Source: Chrysomallon squamiferum
Taxonomy: Eukaryota; Animalia; Mollusca
DNA length: 64,000 bases
Direction: 5' to 3'
NCBI GenBank assembly: GCA_012295275.1
Contig: CM022665.1
Coordinates: 43,400,001-43,464,000, forward strand
Part shown: positions 38,782-54,089 of the stretch, piece after piece
Position numbering within the stretch: position 1 is the first letter of the stretch
Layout: each line of letters starts with the position of its first letter
Position numbers and translations under genes: made by a program
The notes under the pieces: model-generated
Database searches by the model: none
What the model was told of the DNA's origin: nothing
What the model saw: only the letters and a program-made list of their open reading frames with translations

Positions 38782-41700
38782 TTACTACCACTACCACTAC
38801 TACTTCCACTACTACTACTACTACCACAACTACCACAACAACTACTGCTGCTACTACAGCTACTACATTACAGGCCTTGTCTCTGTGGAGTAAACACAAG
38901 GAAAAGAAAAATGCGTTTCTACCAACATCTCTACCAGAGCTGGATAAAGTTCTTCATGGAGGACTCATTGCTGGAACCATCAGTGAGGTACAAACACAGC
39001 TTCTTCACTTAGATTTTCTGTACATTTTATATTTCTAATACTATTTATACTGTACAGCTTCTTCACTTACCCTTTCTGTAAAATTTATATTTCTATTAGT
39101 ATTTATACTATACAGTTACTTCATTTAGATTTTCTGTAAATTTTATCTTTTTAATACTATTTACACTGTACAGTTATTTCATTTAGATTTTCTGTACATT
39201 TTATCTTTTTAATAGTATTTATTCTATACATTTTAAATAATATTTGTCAGTGTCAGCATATACATGAAAATGAAGTATTATGAAAACAGCATTTTTAGTA
39301 ATAATACAGTTTTACTTGTCTTGTAAGGACACCCATGAAGCCAAGCAAAGGTGTCCCTGTATTCCAGGTGTCCTTTCATCTGAGGGACAAAAATTACAAT
39401 ATTTTTTTTTTAACAGGTTTACAATTTTTATTCATATCTGTCATATCAGGACCCATAACAAACATATATAATTGTGGCCAGGCATATATATCAAGATCAT
39501 CGATGGACGTGAATAATATTTATTTTGCACTTGACAAAACTTATAATAAGCTTAAGGTATATTTATGTTTTAATACTGCATTTGAGCTCATACAAATAGA
39601 GCTAAAATTTGTGCCAGCCATACCATTTATTTTTTACCTCAAAAATACTGCTAAGAAGTAATGTTTATAAAACGTAAATGTGCATGGAATGATGTTGAAT
39701 GTTTGAATTACCAAAATTATAATGTACCAAGTGGTTTGGTGATCAAGTGTTTGGTGATTGCAGTTCACAGACTTTTGTGATTCAACAAAAAACAACAAAC
39801 CCTGCATGAACAGTGCAATGAAGTAAATGAGCAAATATAACATCTTTAAAAACATCTTATAAAGCTCCCATACATTAAAATTGTTTATTTATGAATAAGC
39901 AAATCCAAATTGTTTTGACTGTCCATGTTAACAGTGGAATAATAATTTAAAAAAAAATGTTGTCAGCATACATGTTCAGAAGGTTCTCTGATCTAAGGGA
40001 CATAACTACTGAAAAACAGTCGTGACTCAGAAAAGTATCCATACAGTGTTGGAGACCACTCATCTCTGGTGTTGCTAAAGAAAGCTACCACTGTATTCCT
40101 CAGTGCCACTGGATAAGAATAATAATGAACAGTTTAACATATTCAGGTGGCTGTTTTTGCTAATTAGCTAACAAAGATTTTATTATATAACAGTATTAAT
40201 TAAAAAAAATATATATTTTAAAAATATTTTTATTCATAATGTTATTATTACTGGCTTATAATTTGATTATTCACTGTTAAAATGTTTTTGTTTTTGCAGA
40301 TAGCTGGACCTGCAGGGTGTGGTAAGACCCAGTTTTGTGTGATGCTGAGTGTGCAGGCAGCTCTACCCAGGGAGCAGGGTGGGCTGGAAGGGGCGGTGCT
40401 GTATATTGACACAGAGGGGGCATTCTGTGCAGAGAGGTGTGTTGTCTGTTTTTAATTACTGAGTACAAAAAAATAAACAAAATTTCAATTTTATTTTGTT
40501 TTATAATAATGAATGTAATTTTGTTTAATGACAGTTTTAAAACGTGTTTAATATTCATAAATCTCATATTTTGAGCATAAAATTTTGTAAGTGTTATTCT
40601 ATAAAACTCATTGTTTTTATATTTTATTAATTTTTTTAAAAGTCAGTTTTATCTTTTTCCTAAATAACTGAAATTAAGACAAGATAGGTATTATTATATT
40701 TCTAAATATTGTTTTAGTTATAAGTAATGCTTGTTATTTATATAGCTATACAGTATAAAGATATTTATTTAAAAACCAGTTTTAAAGATAATAATGAGAA
40801 AACAAGAATCAGATATGTAAAACATTACTCCATGCCTTGGAAAATATTCTGTAAAATAAATGATACTTCAATAAATGTTTTTAGACTAACAATATGTTCC
40901 AAAATAAATATTAATTTGAGTTTATGAATTTAATAATGTTAACTTTATATTTTATTGTTTACTGTATATATGTATATATGTATATTATTTATTTTTTTAA
41001 ATATTTATTTTTTTATTATTATTATTTTTTTGTATTAATTTTTAATTTTTTTAAATTTAACTCTAGGCTTTTGGAGATTGCAAGAACCAAGTATGCTGAC
41101 TATTTCAGTGATGAAGACAAGTTGAGGGGATTAGCTGAACAAGTTTACATTGATGTACAACAGACTTGCAGTGGTTTACTGAAAAGGTAAAAAAAATAAT
41201 TCAGTTTTCTGTAGATGACGTTATCATGGACTCAGTCTTTATATGATGTTTCATTTATGGGGTAACAGATTGAAACAGGTTTTTAATTCATTTTATTTTG
41301 TTGAAATAACTAAGGAGATTTATATCGTTCAGTCCTATGACAGAAACATAGGTGGAACTTTCAGACCACATAAAAATAATAATAATAATAAATATGAAGA
41401 AGTTAAATAGATGTAAATGTATAAAATCATACTTTAAAAATGATATTTAAAATTAACAAAATAAATTAACATTTTTTTCTGAATTATATTCATAAATATA
41501 CAGACAAAAAAAAAAAAAATTGTAATAATTATATTCATATACAAATGATAATGATAAAAAAAAAAAAAAAAATAGTAGTAATAATAATAATAATAATAGT
41601 CATAATAATAATAATAATAATAATAATAATTAAAATCAGAAATATACATTCCTTTCTCCTTCACTACAGACTTGATGATAATGATAATGATAATAATAAT

Positions 41701-42211
41701 AATTAAAAGCAGACATATACATTCCTTTCTCCCACTCTACAGACTTGGGTTCTGTTCTCAGCAGAGTATTACAAGAACTGAACAAAACATCTGGTTTTCG
41801 AAAGCTCTGCTACATTTTCAAAACACCACGACATTTAATACCACAAGATGTATATAACCACAGGGTTTACACCCCCCTTTCTCTCTCCTCACACCTGTTA
41901 CCTATTACAAGGGTCAGTTATGACACACCCTTATGATGTAATCACAACCTTCTTTTTTACCTGGTTCGTTTGTAACCATGACGCCATTGAAATGTGACCC
42001 CATTACCTGGTTCAGTCACATTGCAACCGTGACCCCTTACCTGGTTCAGTCGTAACCATGACAGCAGATCGTGTCTGAAGTTTCACCTGTTGTTGAACAG
42101 GAAACTTGGGAATGTTCTTTGTGTGCTATGCAGTCTCTACGTGCCAGTTTTTTTTTTTTTTTTTTTTTTTTGAGATTTCATGCAACATTAACACTAAGAG
42201 ATTTTTTGGTA

Positions 42212-42243
<32 letters not shown>

Positions 42244-44609
42244 GAACCTCACAGCTGAAAAGGGTTAAAGATAGATGTGAAGAAATTTAAAAAAAAATAA
42301 AAATAATGGCAGTTAAAATATAATCATTTAATCAACATCATGTGCTAACCAATTTTGTTCATGTTTGGGTATTTTCATATGCTCCCCATTTTTTTTTTTT
42401 TTTTATAATGTGCTTTTGAATAAGAAAAAATGTATTTATAAATGACAAATATTGTATAAAAAAACAAAATAACAGAATGCAAAGAAATAAATTGGTTTTG
42501 TAAAGTGTATTTATCTTGGAGATCAGACATATTATTTTAATGCTTCAGCTTCAGTATGGTACATAACGTAGAAGTACTTAGCTCATATTGCCTAACCAAG
42601 TTGTCTACAAGGACACCTTGCTTGTTTTTTTCTATGATTTCAAGCTTTATTTCAATGGACATCATCCGCTTCTTCTTCTCAGCACTGTCCTTTGCACTCA
42701 CTTTCTTATGATCCATATAGTCAGAAATTTGGCAAAATACTGCACAAAAATGTGAGCACAACACAACAGAGATAGTCCGCGGTGAGGTAACAACGTGAAG
42801 TAAACGAGTGGGATGTGGGATGCAGGCAGGATATTGTTTTGTTTGTTGCACCAACTAGTGGCAAAATATCTGAAGCTTGTTCATAATTTGGATTTTGGCT
42901 CACAACTCAAAGCAAAATATCAACTGGGCGACTGCTTGTAACTCAAAAAACCCGTAAGTTGGGGCACTGGTAACTTGAGGTACCACTGTATATGTGTGTA
43001 ATTTTTATTTATTTTTTAATTTTTTTTTTAAGGTTTGGAAAATAATTTTGCAATATTTATATTATTTTGTATTTGTTAATTTTACAGGCTGCAGTGTCTT
43101 GAGCAGGATATTATCAGCAAAAAGATAAAACTGATAATCATCGACTCCATAGCCTCACTTGTACGTAAGGAATACAGCACAACCATTGGTCAGAATCTGA
43201 CCAATCGAACCAACTTCCTGTCACAAGAGGCAGCCATCTTGAAATACACTGCTGAAGTATTTTCAATTCCAGTAAGTTTTCAGTTTATAACTTTTACAAG
43301 CTTCTTTTCTATTTCTTCTTCTTATTGTTTTTTAAGTTATTATTTCTAACAATTTATTGATTTTCCTATTTTTTTTAAAATTTAATAATTTGATCAATGG
43401 GCTTGAGAAATTAACAGTATCACTGAATATGGTTTAGCAATGGTTTGTATTTCACTATGCTTTTTTTCATGCATCCAAATCAGATAACTAAATATTTCCA
43501 CAAAAGCAAAATGAAAATATTTAGAAGATTTCTTTAAAATACATACTGGTTAAACCAACAAATATGTGCAAAAGAACAAATAAAAAACCCGAACTTTATT
43601 ATACCTCATAATATATTATGTTGACATAAAAGCAGTAAATAAAATACTTTGAGTTATTAATACTTGAAAAAGTAACATCCATACAGTGAGATAAATAATA
43701 ATAAATGTGCTTTATTAATATTAATGAAAAATATTTATGAGTTTAAAGAATGTGTTCTGTATACCAAATGATACAAATGCTCCAAAAAAAAAAATAATGT
43801 TTTCAAATCTCTTTAAATCTTTTTGTTATTAAAGTGAGAACAATGTTGAGATTTCATCTAGTCTATTATAAAAATTAAAAAAAAAAAAAAATCTATATAT
43901 GTACACACACACACACACACAGTTAAAACAAAATACATTTTTTTAAAGACTCATGCTGTTAAGACTATTTGTAATGAGGTGAGACATGTAAGTATTTTAT
44001 CATTTTAAAAATCCAGAATTAATATTTAGTTAAATGGACTGAAAATGAAACTGTAATTTGATAATCAAAAGTAATGAGGGTTTTTCAGAATATATATTTT
44101 GCTGACAGTGAATAGTAAAGTTATTAATTTATTAATTTATTATTGTTATTATTATTTTATTTATTTATTTATTTATTTATTATTTATTGTTTTGAATTAT
44201 TCTTATTGAAGACCTCCCATATTCTTTATAATTTAAGCTGTAAAAAAGACTTAAGATTTTATATCTGAACTCATTTTTGCAAAATTTGGAGTTGTTTCCC
44301 TTAGTCCATATTTTGAACACCTCTAATCAATTTTGTTTTGATCATTACAGAAATGTTGTGTCTTTTAAGTTAATTTGTTGAGTTAGATTTTAAATGTTAT
44401 TACAAATGTAAATAAAAAATTGAATTAATCTAAAAAAAATGATGAGTCCAAAATCTCGTTTGTTTTGGGGTTATGTATACTTTCTTAAAAATATAACAGC
44501 TTTACTTCTAATTTGTGATTGTTCTGTGTTCATTAAAGGTAAAACATAAAAGAATGTGTATATCTATTATTATTTGCACTTTACCCGAAAAGACTGAGTC
44601 TGTTTACCT

Positions 44610-44661
<52 letters not shown>

Positions 44662-44742
44662 AATGCCATGTTTTTGTATTCATTGATATTTAATTATACA
44701 TATGTATGTGTGAGTGTATTTGTATGTATATATGCTTGCATG

Positions 44743-44776
<34 letters not shown>

Positions 44777-45256
44777 TGAATTTATATGTATTTATATGTA
44801 TTTATGCAGGTGTGTGTGTGTGTGTGTTTGTGTGTATGTGTGTACTTTTGTATTTATGTATGACTGTTTATACATGTGTGTGTGTAAATATGTATATATG
44901 TATGTCTGTGTGTACCTGTCTGTTGTATTGTGTAAGTTTGTGTTTGTGTGGGTGTACGTCTTTGTATTTGTTTGTGCATAAATCTTTTAAAAACGTGACT
45001 CACTTAACTGCTGTCATTACTTCACCACTCCAGTGTTTTTAAAAAAACCACTTGTTATTAATACAACTGTTGTTGTTGTTGTTCCCTTGTTGGCTCTCTG
45101 ACACAAACAATAAAAACGACATTGTTTATCTACGCACTTACTGTCCAGCCAGGTACACAGAATGACTGATGATAAACAAACACTGTTATCTACCACGCAA
45201 CAAACACAACCATTGTCTCAGGCTTGTTTGTTCCTTTCTCCTTTCTCCTTAAACTG

Positions 45257-45308
<52 letters not shown>

Positions 45309-48300
45309 GTGTGCTTAAAACACCCATTCATCATCCAGCCAGTGACATGACTGTTATGTCATGCACCTGAAGGGTCGGGTAAAGCAGGCACAATTGAATT
45401 AATGGAGTACAGTGATGGATCGCATGCTTTCACCTCAGGTATTCTCAGAGTGCTGTGCTTTAACATCTACGAGTGTGCACTCAGACACATCGATGGAAGG
45501 GCTTTGGAGAAGAAGTAATCGTTCTTCTTCTTCTGTTTTAAAAAAAAAAAAAAAAAAAAATTATCGTTGTCTGTTTTATTTTCTACCTTTCTTTGTTGTT
45601 TTTTTTAATTTTAATTTTTTATTATTATTCTGTCATTCATTATCATTTTATGTTTTACTTCTCTTTCTGTGTCATTTTTAAAACAAAATTTTTTTTTCTT
45701 TCTATATATTTCTCATTTTTTGTCTTTCTTTTTCATTCTTTGACTCTCTTGTTTTCTGTCTTTCTTTTTTTATTCTTTGTCTCCAGTTCATCATTTCTTG
45801 CTGCCTGTTTGTTATTCTTATACTATCTCACTTTATTTCACTCTTCATCTCACTCTTTCCACATCTCACTTTATTTGTCCATCTCACTTTCTTTTTCACA
45901 TTTCACTTTATTTCTCCATCTCTTTCTCTTTCATCTTTCATTTCTCTCACTTTTATTTCTCTATCTCACTTTCTCTTTACATCTCACTTCATTTCTCTAT
46001 TTCACTTTTCTCTTTCACATCTCACTTTATTTATCTATCTCACTTTTTCTCTTTATTTTCTCTCACTTTTCTTTTTCAATCTCACTTTATTTTTCAATCT
46101 AGCTTTATTTCTCTATCTTTTTTTTTCAATCTCATCTTTCTTTATTTTTTCTGTCTCACTTCTCTATCACTTTTTTCACATCTCACTTTCTTTTTTCAAT
46201 CTATATTTATTTCTCTCTCACTGTCTTTTCACATCTCACTTGTCTTTCTCCACTTTATTTCTCCATCTCACTTTCTCTTTCACATCTCACTTTATTTCTC
46301 TATCTTATTTTCTCTTTCACATCTCACTTTCATTTTCACATCTCACTTTATTCCTCTATCTCACTTTCTTACAATCTCATTTTCACATTATTTAACTTTA
46401 TTTTTCTATTTCTCACATTCTTCATTTCATTTCACACTCTCTTCATTTCATTCTTTCTTTCTCTCTGTTTTTTTTTTTTCTCACTTTGAAGTTTTCTGAC
46501 TCACAGAATTAAAAAAAAGAAGAAGAAGGAAACAGCAAAATATAAAATACAAGTAATTAATAAAGTACACTTCACATTATGCACCTGGTGCTCTTTGTAA
46601 ACCTTTTTTTTATTTTTTTTTTCAACACTTGCTTGTTTAAACTATCAGTTACTAAGGCTATCCAGAGAATTGAGGCAAAATAACAAAATTCTGTCGTTAA
46701 ATGGGTGTTAAGTTTGTTTATGCTTTTTTAAAATACACACACACACACACACCTGAAAGAACATAAAAACTTCACACCTTTGTTAAACTAAACTAAATTT
46801 TATCATTTGCTTATTTTCAGAAAGACATAAAAATGTTGTGTACAGAACACTGAGGGAAAGGAAATGATGGGGGTTTTTTTTATTCTCTGTCTTTATTTAT
46901 TTATTTTTATTAAATATATATATTTTTTAAAGTTTTATTTATTATTTATTAATACTATTACAGGTAGCTGTTACATCAGAAAAATATTTAATTATGTGAA
47001 ACAAATTTTTAATTTTTTTTTTTTTTTTCGTATAATAAAATGTTAAATTCTTCTCTTTCTGTTGTTACATGGTAGACTTTTATTCTTTCTGTCTTTCTTT
47101 CTTTGTTTTCTTTCTTCATGTCTTTTTCTTTCACTGCTTTCATTCTTTCTTCTGTTTCTTTTCCTGCTTTCATTCCTTTTGTATTTCTTTTTTTTTTTTT
47201 TTCATTCTGTTGTTTTATTTCTTTATTTGATTTTTGTAAAATGTGAAACATTTTTTTATCTTTTGTAGATCTTGTAGATATTTTTTTGATTTCTTTCTTC
47301 CATTCTGTCATTTCTCCTTCTTTCCATCATCCCCTTATGTTTGTATTTCTTTTCCCTTTTCTTTCTTCCTTCAATTCTTCATTTCTTCTTTCTTTTTTAT
47401 TTCATTCCATCATCCTTTCTTCTTTCTTTCATTTCCTTTATATATTTTTCTCATCTTCCATTCATCATCTTTTTTTGTTTTCTTTTATTCATTTCCTCAA
47501 TTCTTCTTCTTCCTTTTTTTTTTTTTTTTTTTCTTTTAAACATACTTTACATTTAAACAATTCTACAATTTCCACTTTCATCTTTTTCTTTAATTTTTTA
47601 TTTTTTTTTTTTTTTACCGATACAGACAATTAAAAATAATTAAAAAAAAAAAAAAAACAACCAAAAACACTCAAAGGATCATTCATATACCTCATTACAC
47701 TGTTTTACTCTTTTTTTTTTAAAAAAAAACAAAAAAACTTTTCATGTTAAGAATTTACATCTTTTTAAGTGTGTAATACACTGATTTTTTAAAACGAACT
47801 CGAGATAGGAGATAAAACCATTCTTAGATGAGTCTCTCTGTTGACACTGTTTTGTCTACAAGTCTTATCGGACGTAGATAAGTTGACATAATGCCAACAA
47901 CAATTAAAATTATCAGGGTTTTTTTTGTGAAGCTTGGTGAGGTTAATTTTTTTTTTTTTTTTTTTTTTGAAATTCTCGTTTTTTGAGTTTTTGCCCAAAA
48001 TGTGTTATTGCATGAAAGTTGTGATGGTTATAGTTATTTGTTTGTTTGTTTGTTTATTTATGTATTTATTTGTTTTGATTTATTAATTTTTATTTTTTTA
48101 TTTTTTTATTTTTTTTGCCCTATATTTGTTTGGATGTTTAGTGAATATAGGTTCTGATGGATATATATATATATATTTGTTTATTTATCTAATTAATTAT
48201 TATTCTGATTTTTTTTTTTTTTTTTTTTGTCCCAAATTTGTTAGGTTTTGAAAGATTATAGGCTTATAGGTGTGTTTGTTTGTTTATGTAGTTATTTATT

Positions 48301-49540
48301 TTGATTTTATTTATTTTCTTATTTATTTATGTTTGTCATATAGTATTTATTTATTCATGTTCTAAATTCCTTCAGTCTGATTTTGGATCAAACCAGCATT
48401 CGGGATTTGATTTTGGAACCAGTCATTGCCTTACCAGAAGATTTAATTAACAAGGTGAAAGTGTCATGATGTTTTACATTTCTTCTCCTTTCTCTTCAGT
48501 ATCGGGGATTTGATCCTAGAACCTTGCAGTGTTGAGGTCATTGACTTAACTACAGATCTGTTAAAACTGCTTGTCGAAGGATCACCAGAAAGTTGAAATA
48601 TAAAGTTACTCTTGAACAGACTGAGCTTCTGTCACCTCTGTGTTAACAGCTGTTTTCATATCAGTACAAAGCTTATTTTGTTTACTGCACAAGTTAAGAA
48701 ATCTTTATTTTTTTTTTTTTTTTTTTTTGAAAAAAAAAAAAGATGAAGATGAAGAAGAAAGGAAAAAGAAGATGAAAGATGAAGGCGAAGGTGTTTACTT
48801 TTATACGAGTAAAAATTTTAGAGAGACAATACAGGCTGGAAAAGACATCAATTTTCATCTTGTAAAATACTTAAATGACACAAAATATTTATCATATGTA
48901 GACTTTTTTTCTTTCCCCACTTCTTGTTTCTGAGCTTGGGTACTTGAAAAATACACCACCAAACGAACCACTCTTATCTTAAGCAGGAGGAGAAGAAAAA
49001 AAAAAGATGAAAAATGTAAAAAAACTTTCAGAAATGTCAAATATTGTCAGACTTCACTGTTATTTCATAGCATTTGATATCTGCTTCAATTAGCGTCTTC
49101 AGGCATGCGAAGAAAACATGTTTTGTTGCGTCTTCCCATCTTTATGGACTTAACATTGCAGCATAAATTCAAAAAGGTCAGATAGTGCTGGTATAATATT
49201 TTTGTTTTGTAAAGGAATTTTTTTTTTTTTTTTTTTAAAGATGTATTCGTGTGTGTTTGTGTATACGATTGTTGTCTTAAAATGTTAAGTCATTACCAGT
49301 TGTCATTGTCTTTCAGTTTCAAGACTTCAGGAATTCTGTTGTGAATATTTCATATTTTGTAAGAATTGATTTGTTTGTCTTTCTGTCTGTCTGTGTGTGT
49401 CAGTTAGTTTTCAGAGTTTGTTTCTGGTTGTCGTGTGTGTTTTGATTCAAACAGACAGTTCTGTCGAATGTAGGTTAAACGTTTTTTTTTTTTTTTAGAG
49501 TGCTCTTGAAAAAAGAATTTATAGTATGTTAATATATTTC

Positions 49541-49624
<84 letters not shown>

Positions 49625-49760
49625 GAGATATATATACAGATAGAGAAAAAGAGAAAAATATAGAGTTATAGTGATAAAAATATAGACAGAAAGAAAGAAG
49701 AGAGAGAGAAAAAGAGACAAAGAAAGAGAGATTTTGAAAAGGTATAAAGCAAATGTGTGT

Positions 49761-49819
<59 letters not shown>

Positions 49820-51381
49820 AGTGTATATTTTGAGTATATCGTTGTATACACATATTCAAAAGTAATGCCATTCATTTACAAAATTATACACCACAACAAT
49901 AAAAATAAAATGTGTGTAATATAAAGTTTCTAAAAGTTCATATTAAACAGTTAATATCAACATAACAACAGCCTTGGCAAGGATTCAGAACATTATGTGT
50001 TTTGCTTCTATTCGTTTTTGCCAACACTGATAATGTATTGCAAGATACTAGTAATGTTTAAATATGATTTGGCTCTAAAACGTTTATTGCACAGTGTTTT
50101 TTTATGATGCTGGTTTTCAGTGAATTGTTATTTAAAATCTCTTAAAATGATTTGTAATGTGTTACGCATGATTAAGTGTGTTTCTGAAATAATTATAGTT
50201 ATGCATCGTTGAGCATTTTTAACAAAATAAATTGCGCATCGTCGTTAAGTTAATTTAAAAAGAAATTGCATTATGCATTATTAAATGTGATTAAAAAATA
50301 ATAAAAGTATATGAGAAATGTCTTTTGTGTGTTTGTGTGTGTAATTATATTTATCTTAGTTTAATGTTTATATATTAGAATGAAGCATTTATGATCAAGA
50401 CTTTATGTTTCATCTCTGTTGCCAATAAATGAAAAAGTGTGGTATGTGCTGTGTTGATTATAGAAATTATTGTTTTGGAAGGGTAACCCTTACTTGCTTA
50501 ATACTGTATCACTAAAATGTTTTATTTATTTTTATTTTTTATTATTTTTATTTTTTTAATTTAAAAAAAAAATTATTATAACTTTGCAAAAATTTTATTT
50601 AATTATTTGTTGTTGTTTTTTTATTGTCTTCAGCAGAATTTTTTTATTTTCATAATTTCTTGCAACAGTTTTTGTGTAAATATCTAAGAATTACAGGATT
50701 TTTTTTAAAAACACTTCTACTCGTGTGATATTTAAAACATTGGATTTTTACCGTTAACATTTTAAAGTATTTTATACAATCACATTTTTCCTCAGAATTT
50801 TTTTCTTCTTCTTCTTCTTCTTTTTCTTCTTCTTCTTCTTCTTCTTCTTTTTCTTTTCTCCCAGGCAGCAGAGTTTTAAGTGTGGGAACTCCCCTCCCAC
50901 TCAGTGGGTGGGGCTGCCTCGCCCCACTGCCAGGAGGCTGTTACTGCCATTTTTAATGAGCGGAGTGAAACAGAATGATCATAACTTAGATTTTGATGCA
51001 GATTATACGACCTGTCTTCGCGGAACGCTTTAGATATTACTTGACATGCAGTCCACTGAAAAACAACAATAAAGATGATTTTTAAACTGAAGCCATATGT
51101 TGCTAATGGTTCAAGCAGGTACATGAGGGGTTTTTTTTACGTTTTTTCTTTTTAGTTTGGTTATTTCTTGTTTTTATTTTTTTATTATTATTATTATTAT
51201 TTCTTTTGCAAATTGTTTATTTTGGTTTTTGAACTGTTGTGTAATTTTGTTGGTGTTCTTGTGTTTTTGTGGTTTGTTTATCCTGTGTGGTTTTTAACCT
51301 ATCAGATTTAATGTTTTTCACTTTCTCACCTCCTTTTCTTTCTGTAATTCTTTTCCACTTTTTCTTTCATTCTCCTTTTAC

Positions 51382-51412
<31 letters not shown>

Positions 51413-51429
51413 CTCTCTCTCTTTCTCTA

Positions 51430-51495
<66 letters not shown>

Positions 51496-52003
51496 TGTTC
51501 TCTCCCCCTCCCTCATCTCCCTTTTCTCTCTCTCTTTCTTCTCTCTCTTCACCTATTAATAATAATTTTTTACACTGCTAAATCCTCTGGCAAGCTGAGT
51601 CTGCCTTCACCACCCTCCTCCATAAAACACTCCGGACCCCCTCTGGCTTAATTATTATTTAATGATGCTCCATTATAGATAAACAGCAACATGTGGGGCT
51701 GATTGTCAGAGTCAGCACTGGTGAGTTTGCTGCTCTTTTGAGGCAGACCACATTATACAGATGTTGTTTTCATTGTGTCTCGTAATTAACTCCTGACACA
51801 TACACCGTTTGGAATTTTAATTAAAAAAATAATAATATATATATATATATATATAAAAAAATTAATTAGAAAAAAAATTAAAAAGTTTTAAATGTGAAAC
51901 CAAATGTGTCTGCTTGTTTACATGCTTGTGGAGTGGAGAGATTATAATTATTAAAAGTTGTGTGTGTATGCATGCGTGCAGATGTGCCTATTTTCACAGA
52001 TAC

Positions 52004-52034
<31 letters not shown>

Positions 52035-53311
52035 CACACACCTACGCACATATACACATACACATACACATACTTAAACATATACACATACATAGATACA
52101 TACATAAATACATACATATACATATATACACACACACACACAAACATTTTCACATCATTTCACACATATATACACATATTATTATATGTAGTGATATTAC
52201 TGTAATACCACGTGACAGTGTACATATAATATTGTTTAATAACAACTGTTACCAGTGTCATACATGAGTAAATCAGTACTCATAGATTGTGACTCAAGAT
52301 ATTTCTGCCCTGTAAGAAATTCCCACCCTCTGTGAGCATGAATTCCCTCACTGTAAACAAGACATTCCCTTACTATGAACAAGACATTCTCACCCTGTAA
52401 ACAAGACATTCTCACCCTGTAAACAAGACATTCTCACACTGTGAATAAGACATTCCCTCACTGTAAACAAGACATTCTCACCCTGTAACAAGACATTCCC
52501 TCACTGTGAACAAGACATTCCCTCACTGTGAACAAGACATTCTCACACTGTGAACAAGACATTCCCTCACTGCAAACAAGACATTCCCTCACTGTGAACA
52601 AGACATTCTCTCACTGTGAACAAGACATTCTCACACTGTGAACAAGACATTCTCACCCTGTAAACAAGACATTCTCACCCTGTAAACAAGACATTCTCAC
52701 ACTGTGAATAAGACATTCCCTCACTGTAAACAAGACATTCTCACCCTGTAACAAGACATTCCCTCACTGTAAACAAGACATTCTCACACTGTGAACAAGA
52801 CATTCTCACCCTGTAAACAAGACATTCTCACCCTGTGAACAAGATATTCTCACCCTGTGAACAAGACATTCTCAGCCTGTGAGCAAGACATTCTCACACT
52901 GTAAACAAGACATTCTCACACTGTGAACAAGACATTCTCACACTGTGAACAAGACATTCTCACCCTGTAAACAAGACATTCTCACCCTGTGAACAAGATA
53001 TTCTCACCCTGTGAACAAGACATTCTCAGCCCTGCAAAGCAAGACATTCTCACACTGTAAACAAGACATTCTCACACTGTGAACAAGACATTCTCACCCT
53101 GTAAACAAGACATTCTCACCCTGCAAACAAGACATTCTCACCCTGTGAACAAGACATTCTCAGCCTGTGAGCAAGACATTCCCTCTCTGCCATTATTCTC
53201 ATGCCCAACATAATTGAGTGTAGAGTTTTCAATTACAACGGTGTTTCCAGATGTTAACTAGGCAATGAAGAAAAAAAAAAAAATATGGGAGAACAGAGTT
53301 GGTGAGTTTTT

Positions 53312-53362
<51 letters not shown>

Positions 53363-54039
53363 CCCTCTCCTCTCCCTCTCTCTCTCTCAGAGGGAGATTA
53401 CAAACCCACCCACCACACAGGGTGAACTCTATGGGAGATAAGAGCTAAATGTAAATCACATGAACTAAAACATCCTCAAGAGCTTTCTGGTGCAAGCTCT
53501 CATCACAAACCTGTTACTGCTTCACCGACAAATCTGCCGTTGCCTCCGTCATACCCCGTCTGAAAATCACATCATCTGGTGTCACGAAAGGCATCATCAG
53601 CAACGACGACAACAACAACCACGAGGAATGTCTCATCTGTCCATGCAAGCGACAATGATGATGATGATGTTGATCGCTTCAGCCAACTGTTTTGTTCTGC
53701 CTTGGCCATGGGGAATGCTTCCTGATTGACTTGGAAGTCTTTGTGAAGAGAAAACAGCAGCAACAAGAGACAGATAAAACTGGCTGGTGATGGATGTGTT
53801 TTCATGTTTAACAGATTTTTTTTTCTTTTCTCTCTGTCTCTCTGTCTGTCTGTTCATCTGTATGTGTGTGTGTGCGATGTTGGTGATGCTGTCATTGTTC
53901 TCTGCATGTTTTAGCAGATTAATTTAATGACACCAAGTGTGTTTTAATAAAAACAGTTTAAAACGGTGTATGTGTGTGTGTGTATGTGTTTGCACTTGTC
54001 GCGAACCCTTTCAGTGTTTGTTTCACTGATCTAAACCTC

Positions 54040-54089
<50 letters not shown>

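Noticed and set aside
38488-39038. 174-176 aa poly-Leu / poly-Thr (mucin-like) ORFs
   Set aside because: Trinucleotide microsatellite read-through. Only 38874-38987 is real coding sequence (RAD51B exon 3).
45593-47633. Hydrophobic Phe/Ser/Leu-rich ORFs resembling membrane proteins
   Set aside because: Low-complexity pyrimidine repeats in intron 6.
48395-48560. tRNA-like sequence on the minus strand (GGATCAAATCCCCG)
   Set aside because: Degenerate B-box only, with no cloverleaf. At most an old SINE fragment.
52320-53185. 23-bp repeat array as a CRISPR array
   Set aside because: Units are contiguous with no unique spacers, there are no cas genes, and the context is a eukaryotic intron.
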